IMG/VR virus record: IMGVR_UViG_3300037010_002844
Span: 64,001-128,000 of that record
Length of the DNA: 64,000 nucleotides
Strand: one strand, 5' to 3'
DNA from: a virus
Positions 1 through 9,739 of this stretch are shown here, one piece after another. The translations under genes and the position numbers were made by a program. Within the stretch, counting starts at the first letter, position 1. The number at the start of each line of letters is the position of its first letter. Under the pieces are notes generated by a model, which saw only the letters and a program-made list of their open reading frames with translations, was not told the DNA's origin and ran no database searches.

Positions 1-254
1 CAAGCCTTCCAGACCGCTGGTGCTCCACCGGGGATGTCATTGACGTTCCGTGACATGGAGCGATACCATTCAATCTCACGAGCCACGTAGTCCTGATTGA
101 CCGTTCCGAAGATCGATGTTTCGTTAGCGATGAACGTAGCACCGACGACCTCGATCATCTTGCAACCAGACTTGTCAGTAACGTGTTCCTGGCGTTCCTT
201 GAGGTCCTTAAACAAGGAGCGAACATCGGCAACCTTGTATTGAATTTGAATCAA
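1..254 (-). CDS. dCMP hydroxymethylase (T4 gp42-like), N-terminal part; ORF continues past the window start; TTG start at 252-254 directly after the stop of the upstream ORF
   Basis: Minus-strand translation LIQIQYKVADVRSLFKDLKERQEHVTDKSGCKMIEVVGATFIANETSIFGTVNQDYVAREIEWYRSMSRNVNDIPGGAPAVW aligns position-by-position with T4 gp42 (recalled: ...DKTGVKTIEIIGASFVADEPFIFGALNDEYIQRELEWYKSKSLFVKDIPGETPKIW...). Not in the supplied ORF track because it lacks an ATG start. Confidence 0.7.
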   Translation of the reverse strand, partial: MIQIQYKVADVRSLFKDLKERQEHVTDKSGCKMIEVVGATFIANETSIFGTVNQDYVAREIEWYRSMSRNVNDIPGGAPAVWKA

Positions 255-443
255 CTATTCCTCCACGCTTCTCGATGTTTTGATTACCAGCGATCCATTC
301 TTTAGACTCACAAGCTCCAAGAGCACCGGTTCTTGTTGGGAAGGTAGAAACCCAGCAAACTTCGCAGTGTCGACATGTTCTCTTAGAGCAGTGCGTAGAT
401 CATTACTGCTTGTAACAGCGTGTGTTGTTTCGATGATTTTCAT
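255..443 (-). CDS. small hypothetical protein (62 aa from internal Met; ATGA overlap with the upstream epimerase stop)
   Basis: ORF 255..491 in track; the Met at 441-443 overlaps the TGA of 440..1399 in an ATGA arrangement (translational coupling). Confidence 0.3.
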   Translation of the reverse strand: MKIIETTHAVTSSNDLRTALREHVDTAKFAGFLPSQQEPVLLELVSLKNGSLVIKTSRSVEE

Positions 444-1399
444 GTGTGCAGCTTCAATACCTTGGTCCACGACCAGTTGTCCTCGTACCACTTGATGGTG
501 CGGTCCAAGCCGTCCCAGAATCGTACCACGGGGATGTACCCGAGTACACGCTCAGCTTTCGAAACGTCGGCCTGCGTGTGCATCACATCACCCGGGCGCC
601 AAGGGGCATCGACATAGGAAGCGCCCGGATAACGACGCTTGAGCTCCTCAAGGATCTCTTTGTTCGTCGTTCGATCACCGCACGCCACGTTGAATGTTTC
701 GGCTCCAAGCTTTCCAGAATACGTGGCTGCCTTCATGCAGGCTGACACCACGTTGTCCACGTAACACATGTCACGGGACTGTGAGCCGTCACCGTCGGAG
801 CGCATAGGCACGCCTTTCTTGATCGCCGTCAACCACGCAGAAACCGCAGTAGCGTACGGTGAATCGCCGAGTTGATTGGGTCCGAAGACGTTGAAGAACC
901 GCATGCAGGCTGAGTCGAGACCGTAAAGCTCGCTGTACAACCGCAGATAGTCCTCAATGATCGCCTTCTGCAGAGCATAAGGCGACTTGGGATTCCGTGG
1001 AAAAGTCTCAGGGGTCGGCAGCACATCAGCGCCTCCGTACACAGATGAGCTGGAGGCGAAGACGACGTGATTGACATTGCCCTTGCAAGCCTCCAGGAGG
1101 AGCAATGTCTTGTCGACGTTGACCTCATGCGTTCTCAAGGGATAGAGGACTGAGTAAGAGACCCGCGGGACCGCCGCCAGGTGAATGACCGTGTCAAACT
1201 CCTGACGCCTGATCCGATCGAGGACCGTGGAGTTCGCAAAGTCGTTGGGTTGAAAGCGCACTGCGATGGGCGATGGCAAGAATTCGCGGTGACCGTTGCT
1301 CAGGTCATCGACGCAGGTGACGTGCCACCCAGCATCTAGACACGCCTTCGTCAGGTTCGAACCTATAAAACCCGCGGCACCCGTAATCAAAACTCTCAT
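440..1399 (-). CDS. NAD-dependent nucleotide-sugar 4-epimerase (GalE-like, extended SDR)
   Basis: N-terminal Rossmann motif VLITGAAGFIGSNL and catalytic YxxxK (SPYALQK). The 319-aa length fits UDP-sugar 4-epimerases. Confidence 0.8.
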   Translation of the reverse strand: MRVLITGAAGFIGSNLTKACLDAGWHVTCVDDLSNGHREFLPSPIAVRFQPNDFANSTVLDRIRRQEFDTVIHLAAVPRVSYSVLYPLRTHEVNVDKTLLLLEACKGNVNHVVFASSSSVYGGADVLPTPETFPRNPKSPYALQKAIIEDYLRLYSELYGLDSACMRFFNVFGPNQLGDSPYATAVSAWLTAIKKGVPMRSDGDGSQSRDMCYVDNVVSACMKAATYSGKLGAETFNVACGDRTTNKEILEELKRRYPGASYVDAPWRPGDVMHTQADVSKAERVLGYIPVVRFWDGLDRTIKWYEDNWSWTKVLKLHT

Positions 1400-1431
1400 G
1401 AGGTCATTATATGCCTCACAGAGTCCTTAGT

Positions 1432-2226
1432 TCAACGGGTCGTGTTTAGCGACAAAAAGATGGTACCCCGGACAGGGTCAGCATCCAAGACACCACGAAT
1501 TGACGGGCTGGTGTAGTCGGCAAACAAACCCTCATCGGAAGTGTCTGCTAGGATCGCAGCAGGATCCTCGATCGAGGACTCAAATCCAAGCTTTATCATG
1601 ACCTCATCAAGATATATTGACACTTTCATGCACTGCTCGGGCGGAACCATCATACTGCACTTCGTCTTCAACGTCTTTGCATCCGGCATGGGCGAACAGG
1701 TGACCTTCGTCCCCTTGAGGCGTATGGCCTCACGCACAGCATTGACGACCTCAGTCAGCGTCTTCGGAGCCTTCTTGATGAGAGCAGTTGTCTTCGAACC
1801 CGACATCACGGAAACGACGGCCGTTGCCAGTGCCTTCGGATCGAACTTTGCGGGCCTGTGACCTGGGGCATAGTTCATGGCGTTGAAGTAACTGTCCGCC
1901 ATGTCAAGAACTGCATCGTGAACGTAGAACTCGACCATATCGAGCCACGTATCATGGCGTTCTGCAGGATCACGGATGCCAGACATCTCGGCCTCGATAT
2001 TGGTCCACGCCTCGTAAATCGCGCCGAAGATGGGCCCACCTTCGTAATCCTCATCGAGGGCCTCGTCGACGAGATCATCCGGCGCACCGGCCTGTTCGAG
2101 CGCCATGGCAAATGCCTTGCGAAACTCGGAAAATGACTTCGGAGGCGCTGCAGCGGCCTCCATGAGGTTGGCTACGACGGCGAGTACCTCTTCACGGATC
2201 ATTTGAACAAGCTCTGACTTCTTCAT
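1432..2226 (-). CDS. hypothetical protein (264 aa)
   Basis: Long ORF with coding-like composition; no recognisable motif. Confidence 0.5.
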   Translation of the reverse strand: MKKSELVQMIREEVLAVVANLMEAAAAPPKSFSEFRKAFAMALEQAGAPDDLVDEALDEDYEGGPIFGAIYEAWTNIEAEMSGIRDPAERHDTWLDMVEFYVHDAVLDMADSYFNAMNYAPGHRPAKFDPKALATAVVSVMSGSKTTALIKKAPKTLTEVVNAVREAIRLKGTKVTCSPMPDAKTLKTKCSMMVPPEQCMKVSIYLDEVMIKLGFESSIEDPAAILADTSDEGLFADYTSPSIRGVLDADPVRGTIFLSLNTTR

Positions 2227-2553
2227 CGGCGGAGTCTCCCTGGCAGGTAATTATTACCTTAGGCGGAGGGGGCCTATAACTAGGCCTACACTTCTCGCAA
2301 GAGTGCCCTTGAAATTGCCAGACGACCACCGAAATTGATGTTTTTGAACTCAGCACTAACGAGTCCCCCACAGAATACGCAAGAATCCGTGGGTCTGACG
2401 GGCACTTTCTTTAGCTCTTCGATGCGCTTCTTTTCTTTCTCACGGGCAGCCTCAGCAACCTCTTTGAAGCGCTTTTCTCTTTATTTGCAGGTAGACTGTC
2501 GAGCCACCTCGCGAAAATGAATTGATCCATGTGATCGGGATCTTTATCGTTCT

Positions 2554-3891
2554 TCACAGCAGGTCCATGCGCTTCATCGCCATCGGCGTCGTGGCCTCGT
2601 ACGAACATCGAGCTCGGACGACCGTCCGCAGACGATCGAGCCAGTCCTTCATGTACGCAGGTCGTTCCTTGATGTTATGAATCAAAGCTGAAGCAATGTG
2701 ATGCAGATCCTTGAAGTCCGGCGACGCCAAGAAGGGCCACTTACTGGCCTCCTGAGCGATGCTCGAATATTCGAAGTTATCGATCCACAGAGGCATACAC
2801 CCGAGCTCAATGCATTCTCGAGCGGCGGTGCCCCCATAGGTGTCCTGATCATAGAGGCTGACAGCGATGTCAGCCTGACGACAGATGACCTTGAACTCGT
2901 CGCGGTTAAAGGCATCCGGGACCAATGAAACGTAGCCATTAGGCCCGCACTCCTTCTCGAGCTCGTGGTTGAAGAACTTCTGGCTGGGGTTGCCCGCTAG
3001 CACAACGAAGTCCTGGCGCAGTTCACGGAGTTTCGGCAAGATGTCAAACATGAACTTGCCACAGTTGGTGTAGTCCGACGAACGACCGCGCCCGCCGACA
3101 CGGTTCGGGACGAAGAGGATGACCTTGCCTTCGGCGTGCCAGCGATTCAACAGGTCGGGATCAAACCTGACGTTGCTCATGTCGGGCTTAGAGTTGATCT
3201 CCTCGGCTGAGTAACCATCGTCCCAGGGATCCGACTTCATCAAGATGTCATTGACAATGTCCCGCTTCAGGACATTGTCAGCCTCGCGCTCGAACTCCTT
3301 CAAGGCCGAGGGACACTGCCAGAAGTTCCAGTCAGCCTTTATGGCTGCCTCAAGCTGGCCGAACCAGAGCGAGGCCTCTTCCGGAAACTTGGGACAAGAA
3401 GGTACGTCGACGAAGTGACTGTGCACGTAAAACCTGGGCCTATAACCACCAGTCACGTGGAACAACGCCTTGAAGTTGCGAAGGTGCATTGGGTCGTTGA
3501 TGTAGACCGCGTCCCACTTGGGCTTTTTGCCGATCTTCTGCATTCCGAGATCAAGGGCACTGGCGAGTGCCGACCAGTTGAAGTCGTACCGTGTCACCAA
3601 CGCGTTGGCGATGATCTCGTGCTCGATGAAATTCAGACGGCGCTCGCCATCCTCACCGTACTTGGCCCACAGGTCAGCATTGACATCCCGGGGATCTGTG
3701 ATAACCTGACGACCAGCGGGATCACCCGTCTTGGGGCACATCACGTCAATGTGAAGGTCAGGATTGAGCTTCAGCATTTCACGGACGCGGCCCATCACCA
3801 TCTGCCATCCTGAGTCACATTCGAGCAGAAACTTACCGTAGGTATTGTAATTGCTCAACTGTGTCTCGATCAAGAGCCTCTTGTGTTCCAT
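2554..3891 (-). CDS. hypothetical 445-aa protein; candidate glycosyltransferase for modified DNA bases (weak)
   Basis: Large ORF lying between the epimerase and the methyltransferase-like/kinase genes. A Rossmann-like stretch VILFVPNRVGGRGRSSDYTNCGKF suggests a GT-B-like fold, but no firm family match. Confidence 0.45.
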   Translation of the reverse strand: MEHKRLLIETQLSNYNTYGKFLLECDSGWQMVMGRVREMLKLNPDLHIDVMCPKTGDPAGRQVITDPRDVNADLWAKYGEDGERRLNFIEHEIIANALVTRYDFNWSALASALDLGMQKIGKKPKWDAVYINDPMHLRNFKALFHVTGGYRPRFYVHSHFVDVPSCPKFPEEASLWFGQLEAAIKADWNFWQCPSALKEFEREADNVLKRDIVNDILMKSDPWDDGYSAEEINSKPDMSNVRFDPDLLNRWHAEGKVILFVPNRVGGRGRSSDYTNCGKFMFDILPKLRELRQDFVVLAGNPSQKFFNHELEKECGPNGYVSLVPDAFNRDEFKVICRQADIAVSLYDQDTYGGTAARECIELGCMPLWIDNFEYSSIAQEASKWPFLASPDFKDLHHIASALIHNIKERPAYMKDWLDRLRTVVRARCSYEATTPMAMKRMDLL

Positions 3892-4169
3892 GAAGCAGTA
3901 TCTACTACTTGTTTATCAAGTTGTATTGGGTTGAAGGAAAAGGCAAGCGATCAGGCCAAGCGACAAACGTCGATCAATCGCTATGGCGTCAAATGCTATG
4001 CAAGCACCTGAAGCTCTAGAAAAAAGACATGTCTCGAACACAGACTATAGGCAACACATTGGGTGCAATAATCTTGCCTCCACACTTTTTGCTTCCATGA
4101 GAAGACACTCCATACCATAGTGGTTCTTGTAGTCAGAAGTGTCTTTCCCATAGTAGCAACAGGGGTGCA

Positions 4170-4916
4170 TCAGGTCGCCTTCTTGTAGACACGAGTGTTC
4201 TTGCGGTAGAAGCTCGCAAAGGCACACTTCAGGCGATTGCCCTTACCTGGCACCTTGAGGTTGGCAAATGCAGCTGACAACGCGGGATCGACCACGTACC
4301 CGCGGGTCGCCATCTTCTTGATGACCTCGTCGACCGGTTGGCAGTTGACATGGTGACGCCCCCACTGTGGGTGCCAATCTGGCCCTCCCGGCAGGCGCTC
4401 GCCCAACCGATTGACCTTCAACGTCAAGTTGGCATCATAGGTACCCCAGCCCGAGGCCACGCCGAAGACTACGAGCCTCGGATCCGGCGACAACAGGCAG
4501 TCCAAAAAGTTCGACTCTTTGTCATGAGTCACGTGTTCCATCGCCTCGAGCGACATGCAGACATCGCGTGAGCCCACCGTCAGGTTCTGAGGCGACACAG
4601 TCCCAATGTCGATCTTTTGGAAGTTCTTGACATCGATCCTCAGCTGATTGACGTCAGCGAAGCCATCGCAGCCCCAGACCGGGATGCTGCCCTCGAGCGG
4701 CTCCAACCAATCACCTTGACCGCAGCCGAAGTCGGCAATCGACTCAGCCTTCAGAACATTCAAAACGAAATCCTTCCACGCCGGTAGCCCGTGAGCGAAA
4801 TACTGCCGACCATCGTCAAAGAAGCCACTGTCGTAATTGATGGGTTTTGCCATGTCAGTCCTTGTTAAGGAAGTCGATGATTTCCTCGGTCTCGCGGGCG
4901 AGGTTCTCGTCGTCAA
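4170..4916 (-). CDS. SAM-dependent methyltransferase-like protein
   Basis: Class I MTase motif I IADFGCGQGDW followed by an acidic residue pattern. Confidence 0.55.
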   Translation of the reverse strand: MTTRTSPARPRKSSTSLTRTDMAKPINYDSGFFDDGRQYFAHGLPAWKDFVLNVLKAESIADFGCGQGDWLEPLEGSIPVWGCDGFADVNQLRIDVKNFQKIDIGTVSPQNLTVGSRDVCMSLEAMEHVTHDKESNFLDCLLSPDPRLVVFGVASGWGTYDANLTLKVNRLGERLPGGPDWHPQWGRHHVNCQPVDEVIKKMATRGYVVDPALSAAFANLKVPGKGNRLKCAFASFYRKNTRVYKKAT

Positions 4917-5394
4917 CGTTCAACCTCAAGATCCTGCACTTCGACCAACTTGCAAATTCCTCATAGGCGCTGTGAAGGCTGGTCAGCAGCTCTTCTCCAA
5001 TGCTAGGGTCGAGGTCGTCCTTGATACCCGCGTAATTGGAGCGTTGCGCAAAGATCACGCGAGCGCCCAATGATGCCCATGCCTCGTCCATGTGTCGCAG
5101 CATCATCAAGTCGGTCTCACGGCCAAATACCTTTGCATATGCATACTCACACGGAAAGCCTCGGTCGAAGATGACACTGTAGCCCGTTTGCTTCAACAGG
5201 TCATATACACGGGGATCTGCGAAACGCAGTTGATTCAAGAATTTGTCGTTCTTGGTGACCCGCGAGCTTAGAAATGAGGTGTATTCTGAGGTCGCCTTGA
5301 AATACGGAATGCCAGTTACCCGCGAAAGCTCGCGGGCCATCTCGGTCTTACCACAACGATCTGGTCCGACAAAAAACGTTAGTGATTGTTTCAT
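4855..5394 (-). CDS. P-loop kinase (dNMP/NMP-kinase-like)
   Basis: Walker A FFVGPDRCGKTEMA at the N-terminus; ~180-aa kinase-sized protein. Confidence 0.55.
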   Translation of the reverse strand: MKQSLTFFVGPDRCGKTEMARELSRVTGIPYFKATSEYTSFLSSRVTKNDKFLNQLRFADPRVYDLLKQTGYSVIFDRGFPCEYAYAKVFGRETDLMMLRHMDEAWASLGARVIFAQRSNYAGIKDDLDPSIGEELLTSLHSAYEEFASWSKCRILRLNVDDENLARETEEIIDFLNKD

Positions 5395-5509
5395 TTACTT
5401 CCTTCCAGATTACGTCTGGATCTTGACGGGCAAGATCAAATACAATCTTGGGAAATCAACATCTGTTACTACACGAAACTCTATCCCGCGTTACGCCATG
5501 CCGATTATC

Positions 5510-6079
5510 TTAAACCGTGGGAATCGGCGTGTTCAGCTCGGGCGCATCTTGCACGTTTTCATAGTTCACGTAGAGCCCGTGACTGCCCACGCCCTTGCGC
5601 ACGTGTCCCAGGGACTCGCAGAAGACCACGTACTGCGCCAGCTGTTCCTCAACCTTCGACACCTCACCCACCTGGTCCTTGCCACGGTGCTTAAAGGTCA
5701 CACGTTGGCCCACAGAATATTTGGGAGTAACCCCATGGTGGTTTACCCATTCCGCGATCAGAGAATTGTGAGCCTTGATTCGCATGTAAGCTACATCCTC
5801 CAAGAGGTGGAGGAGCTCGTGATCAACCTCCCAGTAGTGAATGTTGTCCAACATCTTGGCAATGTCGTACGCATCGTCGTCGAACCTGACGGCACTTCTC
5901 AGGTCATCATGGATCTCCTTCAGGTAGGATTTCTCAAACTTGTCGGTGTCATCGCCCGCGGACTTCATCCACTGAATGACGCGTGGCATCAGGGCATCGA
6001 GCAGGCGCTCGAGCACCTCGGGATCCGTGCGATTCGGGCGAGGCGGCCAACCGCAGCCGAAGAGGACCTGCTGCTTCAT
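5510..6079 (-). CDS. hypothetical protein (189 aa)
   Basis: ORF with coding-like composition. Confidence 0.45.
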   Translation of the reverse strand: MKQQVLFGCGWPPRPNRTDPEVLERLLDALMPRVIQWMKSAGDDTDKFEKSYLKEIHDDLRSAVRFDDDAYDIAKMLDNIHYWEVDHELLHLLEDVAYMRIKAHNSLIAEWVNHHGVTPKYSVGQRVTFKHRGKDQVGEVSKVEEQLAQYVVFCESLGHVRKGVGSHGLYVNYENVQDAPELNTPIPTV

Positions 6080-6267
6080 GGTTTGCTACTGTCGTAGAGT
6101 TCCTGTAGGGAGTTTGTGATCGTTTGGATGATTCCTGGTCGAATTCGGACCCAACACGGACTGCACAGCAACCCACGATTGGTGTGCCACTTTTGTGGGT
6201 CGAACGCCCAGTGAGGTGCCCCGCACTCAGGACAGGTGACCTTGACAATATCATCATTCGACGACAT
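6076..6267 (-). CDS. small zinc-ribbon protein (63 aa)
   Basis: CPECG...(21 aa)...CSPC four-Cys arrangement. Confidence 0.45.
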   Translation of the reverse strand: MSSNDDIVKVTCPECGAPHWAFDPQKWHTNRGLLCSPCWVRIRPGIIQTITNSLQELYDSSKP

Positions 6268-6344
6268 GACATGAAAGTACTTTAGTACGCCCTCGGTTTA
6301 CACTTAGGCGTGCACCCGCACGATGGAGGGAATAATTACCATGC

Positions 6345-9300
6345 ATGAAGGTCACCCTGGGCACATTGCGCGAGTCAATCCTAGAAAGCTACGTTGAGAT
6401 TCTCGTCGAAGGCCGCATAGAAGACGCCCGTGAACGGTACCCTGACATTTCCGACGAGGACTTCGATGACCTAGTCGAGAATCAGCCGCAAGGGTCCAAC
6501 AACAAGTACCTGATGTGGTGTGCCAAGCAGGTCGACGATGGCTTTTCAGTCAACGTCGTCGTCCAGAACATGCGATTGTTCGACGGCAACAAGCAGCGAC
6601 TCGAGAAGAAGGACATCAACCAGTATGAAGATCCCAGCGCCATCGAGACCGCTGTCCAGGCCTTGGGTGGCAAGTCGAAGAGCCAGGAGTCCAAGCAGGC
6701 CAAGGCTGATTCTGACGTGATCTACAATGATGATCACTGGTTGGTCATCCGTCCTCACACCATGGGAGCCTCCTGCAAGTACGGCATCGGAACCAAGTGG
6801 TGCATTGCAGCGACCACGAGCCACAACTACTTCTCGACGTATTCAACCAGCAACAACAAGTTCTACTTCGTCATTGACAAGACGCAGTTGCAGACCACAC
6901 CCCCGCCTCCGAGTTCCAAGTACGCCATCGTCATTCGTGACGAGGCGGGCCGCAATAATGAGGCCTACGATGCCTCTGACAAACGAGTCCCGGTATCGAC
7001 AGTTGCTAAACACGTGGGCGTCGAGTGGCCGGCAATCTGGTCAAAGATTGAGGCTCACGTCAAGAAGGTCCCACTGACCCGTGAGGTTGAGGACGAACAA
7101 CGCGCGGTTGAGGAGCATGTCAATGACCTGATGGCGGGCAAAGACGTGTCTTCGCAGGCGCTACAAAAAATCGCCAAGAGTGCCAAGATGACGTTGCGGG
7201 TGGTGCAGAAGGTCTATGATCTCGCGGCGAAGAAGGTCGAGACCGGAGAAGACAAGTACATGCTTTCATTCTTGATGTATGCGCTCAGCGACAACATCGG
7301 CAACTTGACGCCCGATGCGGCGATGTTCTTCATTCAGAAGATCGGCGATGGCGGCAACAGCTACTACATCAAGCGGGCCATCGAACATGCCAACCTGACA
7401 GAAGAGAACTTCACGCAGTTGGTGAAGAGCGGCAACGAGGCCGTCATCGCGGCCATCATGGAGAATCCACGCGCTCCTGACGCATTGAAGGACGAGATCG
7501 TTAAGGTCATTCCGAACTTCAAGAATGACATGGCAAAACACGATGCATGGTGGGCCTTGATCAAAAGCGGGCGCTACACGCTTGAGCAGTTCAAGGAAGC
7601 CGTGGAAAGCAGCTCTGCTTCACATTACCACGTCGTCGCAGGTCAGGTGTTGAGACACATTGACGAACTGAACTTGACGCCCGAGCAGCTCATGTTGATC
7701 CCCGTCACTGACGAATACGACCTGAAGAACATCATGAAGGCACCCAACCTGCCACCGGCTCACCTAGGTGCCTTGATCGTTAAGCTCCGTGACAAGTTGT
7801 CGACGCAGTTCTTGATCAAGTTGTTGAAGCAGTCGAACATCGACTCTGACACTGTCGAGTTGTTGTGGAAGTCGGTCACGCCCGACATCAGGACGGCGCT
7901 ATTGCAGAACCCGTCGATCGGAGCGTCAAATGCCAGCAAGTTCGCCCTCAGCAAGAATCACGCCTACCGCTTTGCGGTGGCCCACAATCCGGTCACGCCC
8001 AAGGAGGACCTAGCTGTCCTCGCAGGTGATGAGTCGACTTCTACGCGGGCCGCGGTGGCTGCTAACCCCAACACGCCCGTTAATGTTCTGAAACAGCTAT
8101 CCCGCGATGAGGCCGTCGCCATCCGCGCGGCTGCCGCGTCAAATGCCGCTGTCGGCAACGATGTCCTGCAGGCCTTGACCAAAGACAGCGACAACTTCGT
8201 CAGGAGGGTCGCTCGCAAGACTCTGAAGTCCCTAAAGGTCGCTGAGGCCTATGTCAAGGCTGCGATGGGCATGCGTAGGATCTTGTTGGAAGAGCTCAGC
8301 GACGAAAACGAGAACCAGGACATCATGAATCCCTCCTGGCGCGACATCTCGACAAAGTCTCTCAAGTCTGACGAGTTCATTGTCATCTTCTTGCTGCAGA
8401 ACAACGGCCACGCCACCCGCGAAGAAATCGAGTCAGCATGGTTTGACTGGATGGGTCGCCTGGTTCGACGCCACGATTTGTGGAAGAGCACTCAACACGG
8501 CAAGGAACCCGTGCGAGGCATCAATGCCAGCGGCTCAGCTTGGTACTGGGCACCGCCGGGTATCGACAAGGGCGCGCTGTTCCAGCTGACGCCCGCGGGC
8601 GCGGCTGCTGCCATGCATGCCCTGAACAAGGTTCGTGGCAGCGTTGAGCCAAGGCGCTCTGAGGTCGGCTCGGCCGGCGCACGCCCGGGCAGGACGTACT
8701 ACATCAGCAATGATGTCTCGGCTTTTGACATCACCGGCCGCGAAAATGACGAGATCGAAAGTGAAGAGATCGAGGTCAATCGTTACTCTTCCGAGCCCGT
8801 CATCCGCGGTGGCAAGTACACGAAGTTGTCACCGAATCGCAGCCGTGCGTCCAGGATGCGCACCAAGGGCGCGGTCTACTGGAAGTTCACGAGCCCGAAT
8901 GGCCGTGAGACGTACACCAAGAACCTACCTCAGGTTGCCTTGAAGCGCGGTGCCGAGGTCACATACGTCAAGGCTGTCCATGCTCCGGGTAGCGGTGGTC
9001 ACCCGTACAACATGGCGATGGTCAAGTATGGCGACAGGTACCTGTTGACCGCATTCCCGTTGATGACGACGGCCTCGGGCGCCCGTGAGGAAAATGCACC
9101 AGAAAACGTGGCGCCGCCGATTAAGAAGTCGCCGCCGTCGAAGGCAACAGCTGCCGCGCCCGCCGCAGCTGCAGCGATTGAGCCCACGGCAGCCAAGGGT
9201 CCGAAGACGACCTACAAAATCTACGGCCGATTCAAAGGTCACCCGGCCGCGACGCGATTGAAAGGTCAAGCCTACGTGGCCGGACAAGACACGCAGTTCT

Positions 9301-9404
9301 CGGCCGGTGAGCAGGCAGTCATTTCCAAGACGGACGACGGCAAGCTCAAGGTCAAGAAGGCTGACTCGGATCACAGCCAGATCTGGGAGCCGATTGACGG
9401 CTAA
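6345..9404 (+). CDS. large (1019-aa) protein with leucine-rich-repeat-variant/HEAT-like repeats and an Ala/Pro-rich tail
   Basis: Repeats of the form NPxTPxxxLxxLxxDxxxxVRxAAAxN (e.g. HNPVTPKEDLAVLAGDESTSTRAAVAANPNTPVNVLKQLSRDEAVAIRAAAASN). The N-terminal region carries GASCKYGIGTKWCIAATTSHNYFSTY. The C-terminal quarter is Ala/Pro/Lys-rich low complexity. Confidence 0.7.
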   Translation: MKVTLGTLRESILESYVEILVEGRIEDARERYPDISDEDFDDLVENQPQGSNNKYLMWCAKQVDDGFSVNVVVQNMRLFDGNKQRLEKKDINQYEDPSAIETAVQALGGKSKSQESKQAKADSDVIYNDDHWLVIRPHTMGASCKYGIGTKWCIAATTSHNYFSTYSTSNNKFYFVIDKTQLQTTPPPPSSKYAIVIRDEAGRNNEAYDASDKRVPVSTVAKHVGVEWPAIWSKIEAHVKKVPLTREVEDEQRAVEEHVNDLMAGKDVSSQALQKIAKSAKMTLRVVQKVYDLAAKKVETGEDKYMLSFLMYALSDNIGNLTPDAAMFFIQKIGDGGNSYYIKRAIEHANLTEENFTQLVKSGNEAVIAAIMENPRAPDALKDEIVKVIPNFKNDMAKHDAWWALIKSGRYTLEQFKEAVESSSASHYHVVAGQVLRHIDELNLTPEQLMLIPVTDEYDLKNIMKAPNLPPAHLGALIVKLRDKLSTQFLIKLLKQSNIDSDTVELLWKSVTPDIRTALLQNPSIGASNASKFALSKNHAYRFAVAHNPVTPKEDLAVLAGDESTSTRAAVAANPNTPVNVLKQLSRDEAVAIRAAAASNAAVGNDVLQALTKDSDNFVRRVARKTLKSLKVAEAYVKAAMGMRRILLEELSDENENQDIMNPSWRDISTKSLKSDEFIVIFLLQNNGHATREEIESAWFDWMGRLVRRHDLWKSTQHGKEPVRGINASGSAWYWAPPGIDKGALFQLTPAGAAAAMHALNKVRGSVEPRRSEVGSAGARPGRTYYISNDVSAFDITGRENDEIESEEIEVNRYSSEPVIRGGKYTKLSPNRSRASRMRTKGAVYWKFTSPNGRETYTKNLPQVALKRGAEVTYVKAVHAPGSGGHPYNMAMVKYGDRYLLTAFPLMTTASGAREENAPENVAPPIKKSPPSKATAAAPAAAAAIEPTAAKGPKTTYKIYGRFKGHPAATRLKGQAYVAGQDTQFSAGEQAVISKTDDGKLKVKKADSDHSQIWEPIDG

Positions 9405-9739
9405 ACGTCGTCCTTGCGGTTGCCGATGCCCGGGGAGATGTTGCTAAATCTAGCACGTCGCTCGTGACCCTCGCGATCATAGTCACGAACTCGCTCGATG
9501 ATCCCGCGGAAAAATCCACTCCACTCATCAAGCGTGACTTCTTTCTTGAAGTCCTCAGCTAGCTGGACGGCATACGCCTCGATCTCTTCCTCCGAGGCTT
9601 CTGTCATGTCATTGCTGAGGGCCATGCGTAGCTTCCGCGCCAGCTTAACGCTGGGAGGAGGCAACATCCACTGGTTCTTTTCTTTATCCCAAGTTGGGAG
9701 AGAGACCTGTAGCGTTATCACGATGCCGCGTCGACTCAT
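9401..9739 (-). CDS. hypothetical protein (~112 aa from internal Met; the upstream part of track ORF 9401..9874 is Arg-rich and probably not coding)
   Basis: MSRRGIVITLQVSLPTWDKEKNQWMLPP...; acidic coiled segment EASEEEIEAYAVQLAEDFKK. Confidence 0.35.
   Translation of the reverse strand: MSRRGIVITLQVSLPTWDKEKNQWMLPPPSVKLARKLRMALSNDMTEASEEEIEAYAVQLAEDFKKEVTLDEWSGFFRGIIERVRDYDREGHERRARFSNISPGIGNRKDDV

Noticed and set aside
2266-2285. GGCCTA-TAAC-TAGGCC hairpin as a rho-independent terminator
   Set aside because: There is no U-tract on either strand after the stem, and it lies only ~40 nt upstream of the next gene start. At most it is a minor RNA structure.
4087-4140. Inverted repeat GAAGACACT...(~30 nt)...AGTGTCTTT downstream of 4170..4916, as a terminator
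   Set aside because: On the coding (minus) strand the hairpin is followed by an A-run, not a U-run. The track ORF 4045..4227 (Cys-rich, 60 aa) is more likely noise.
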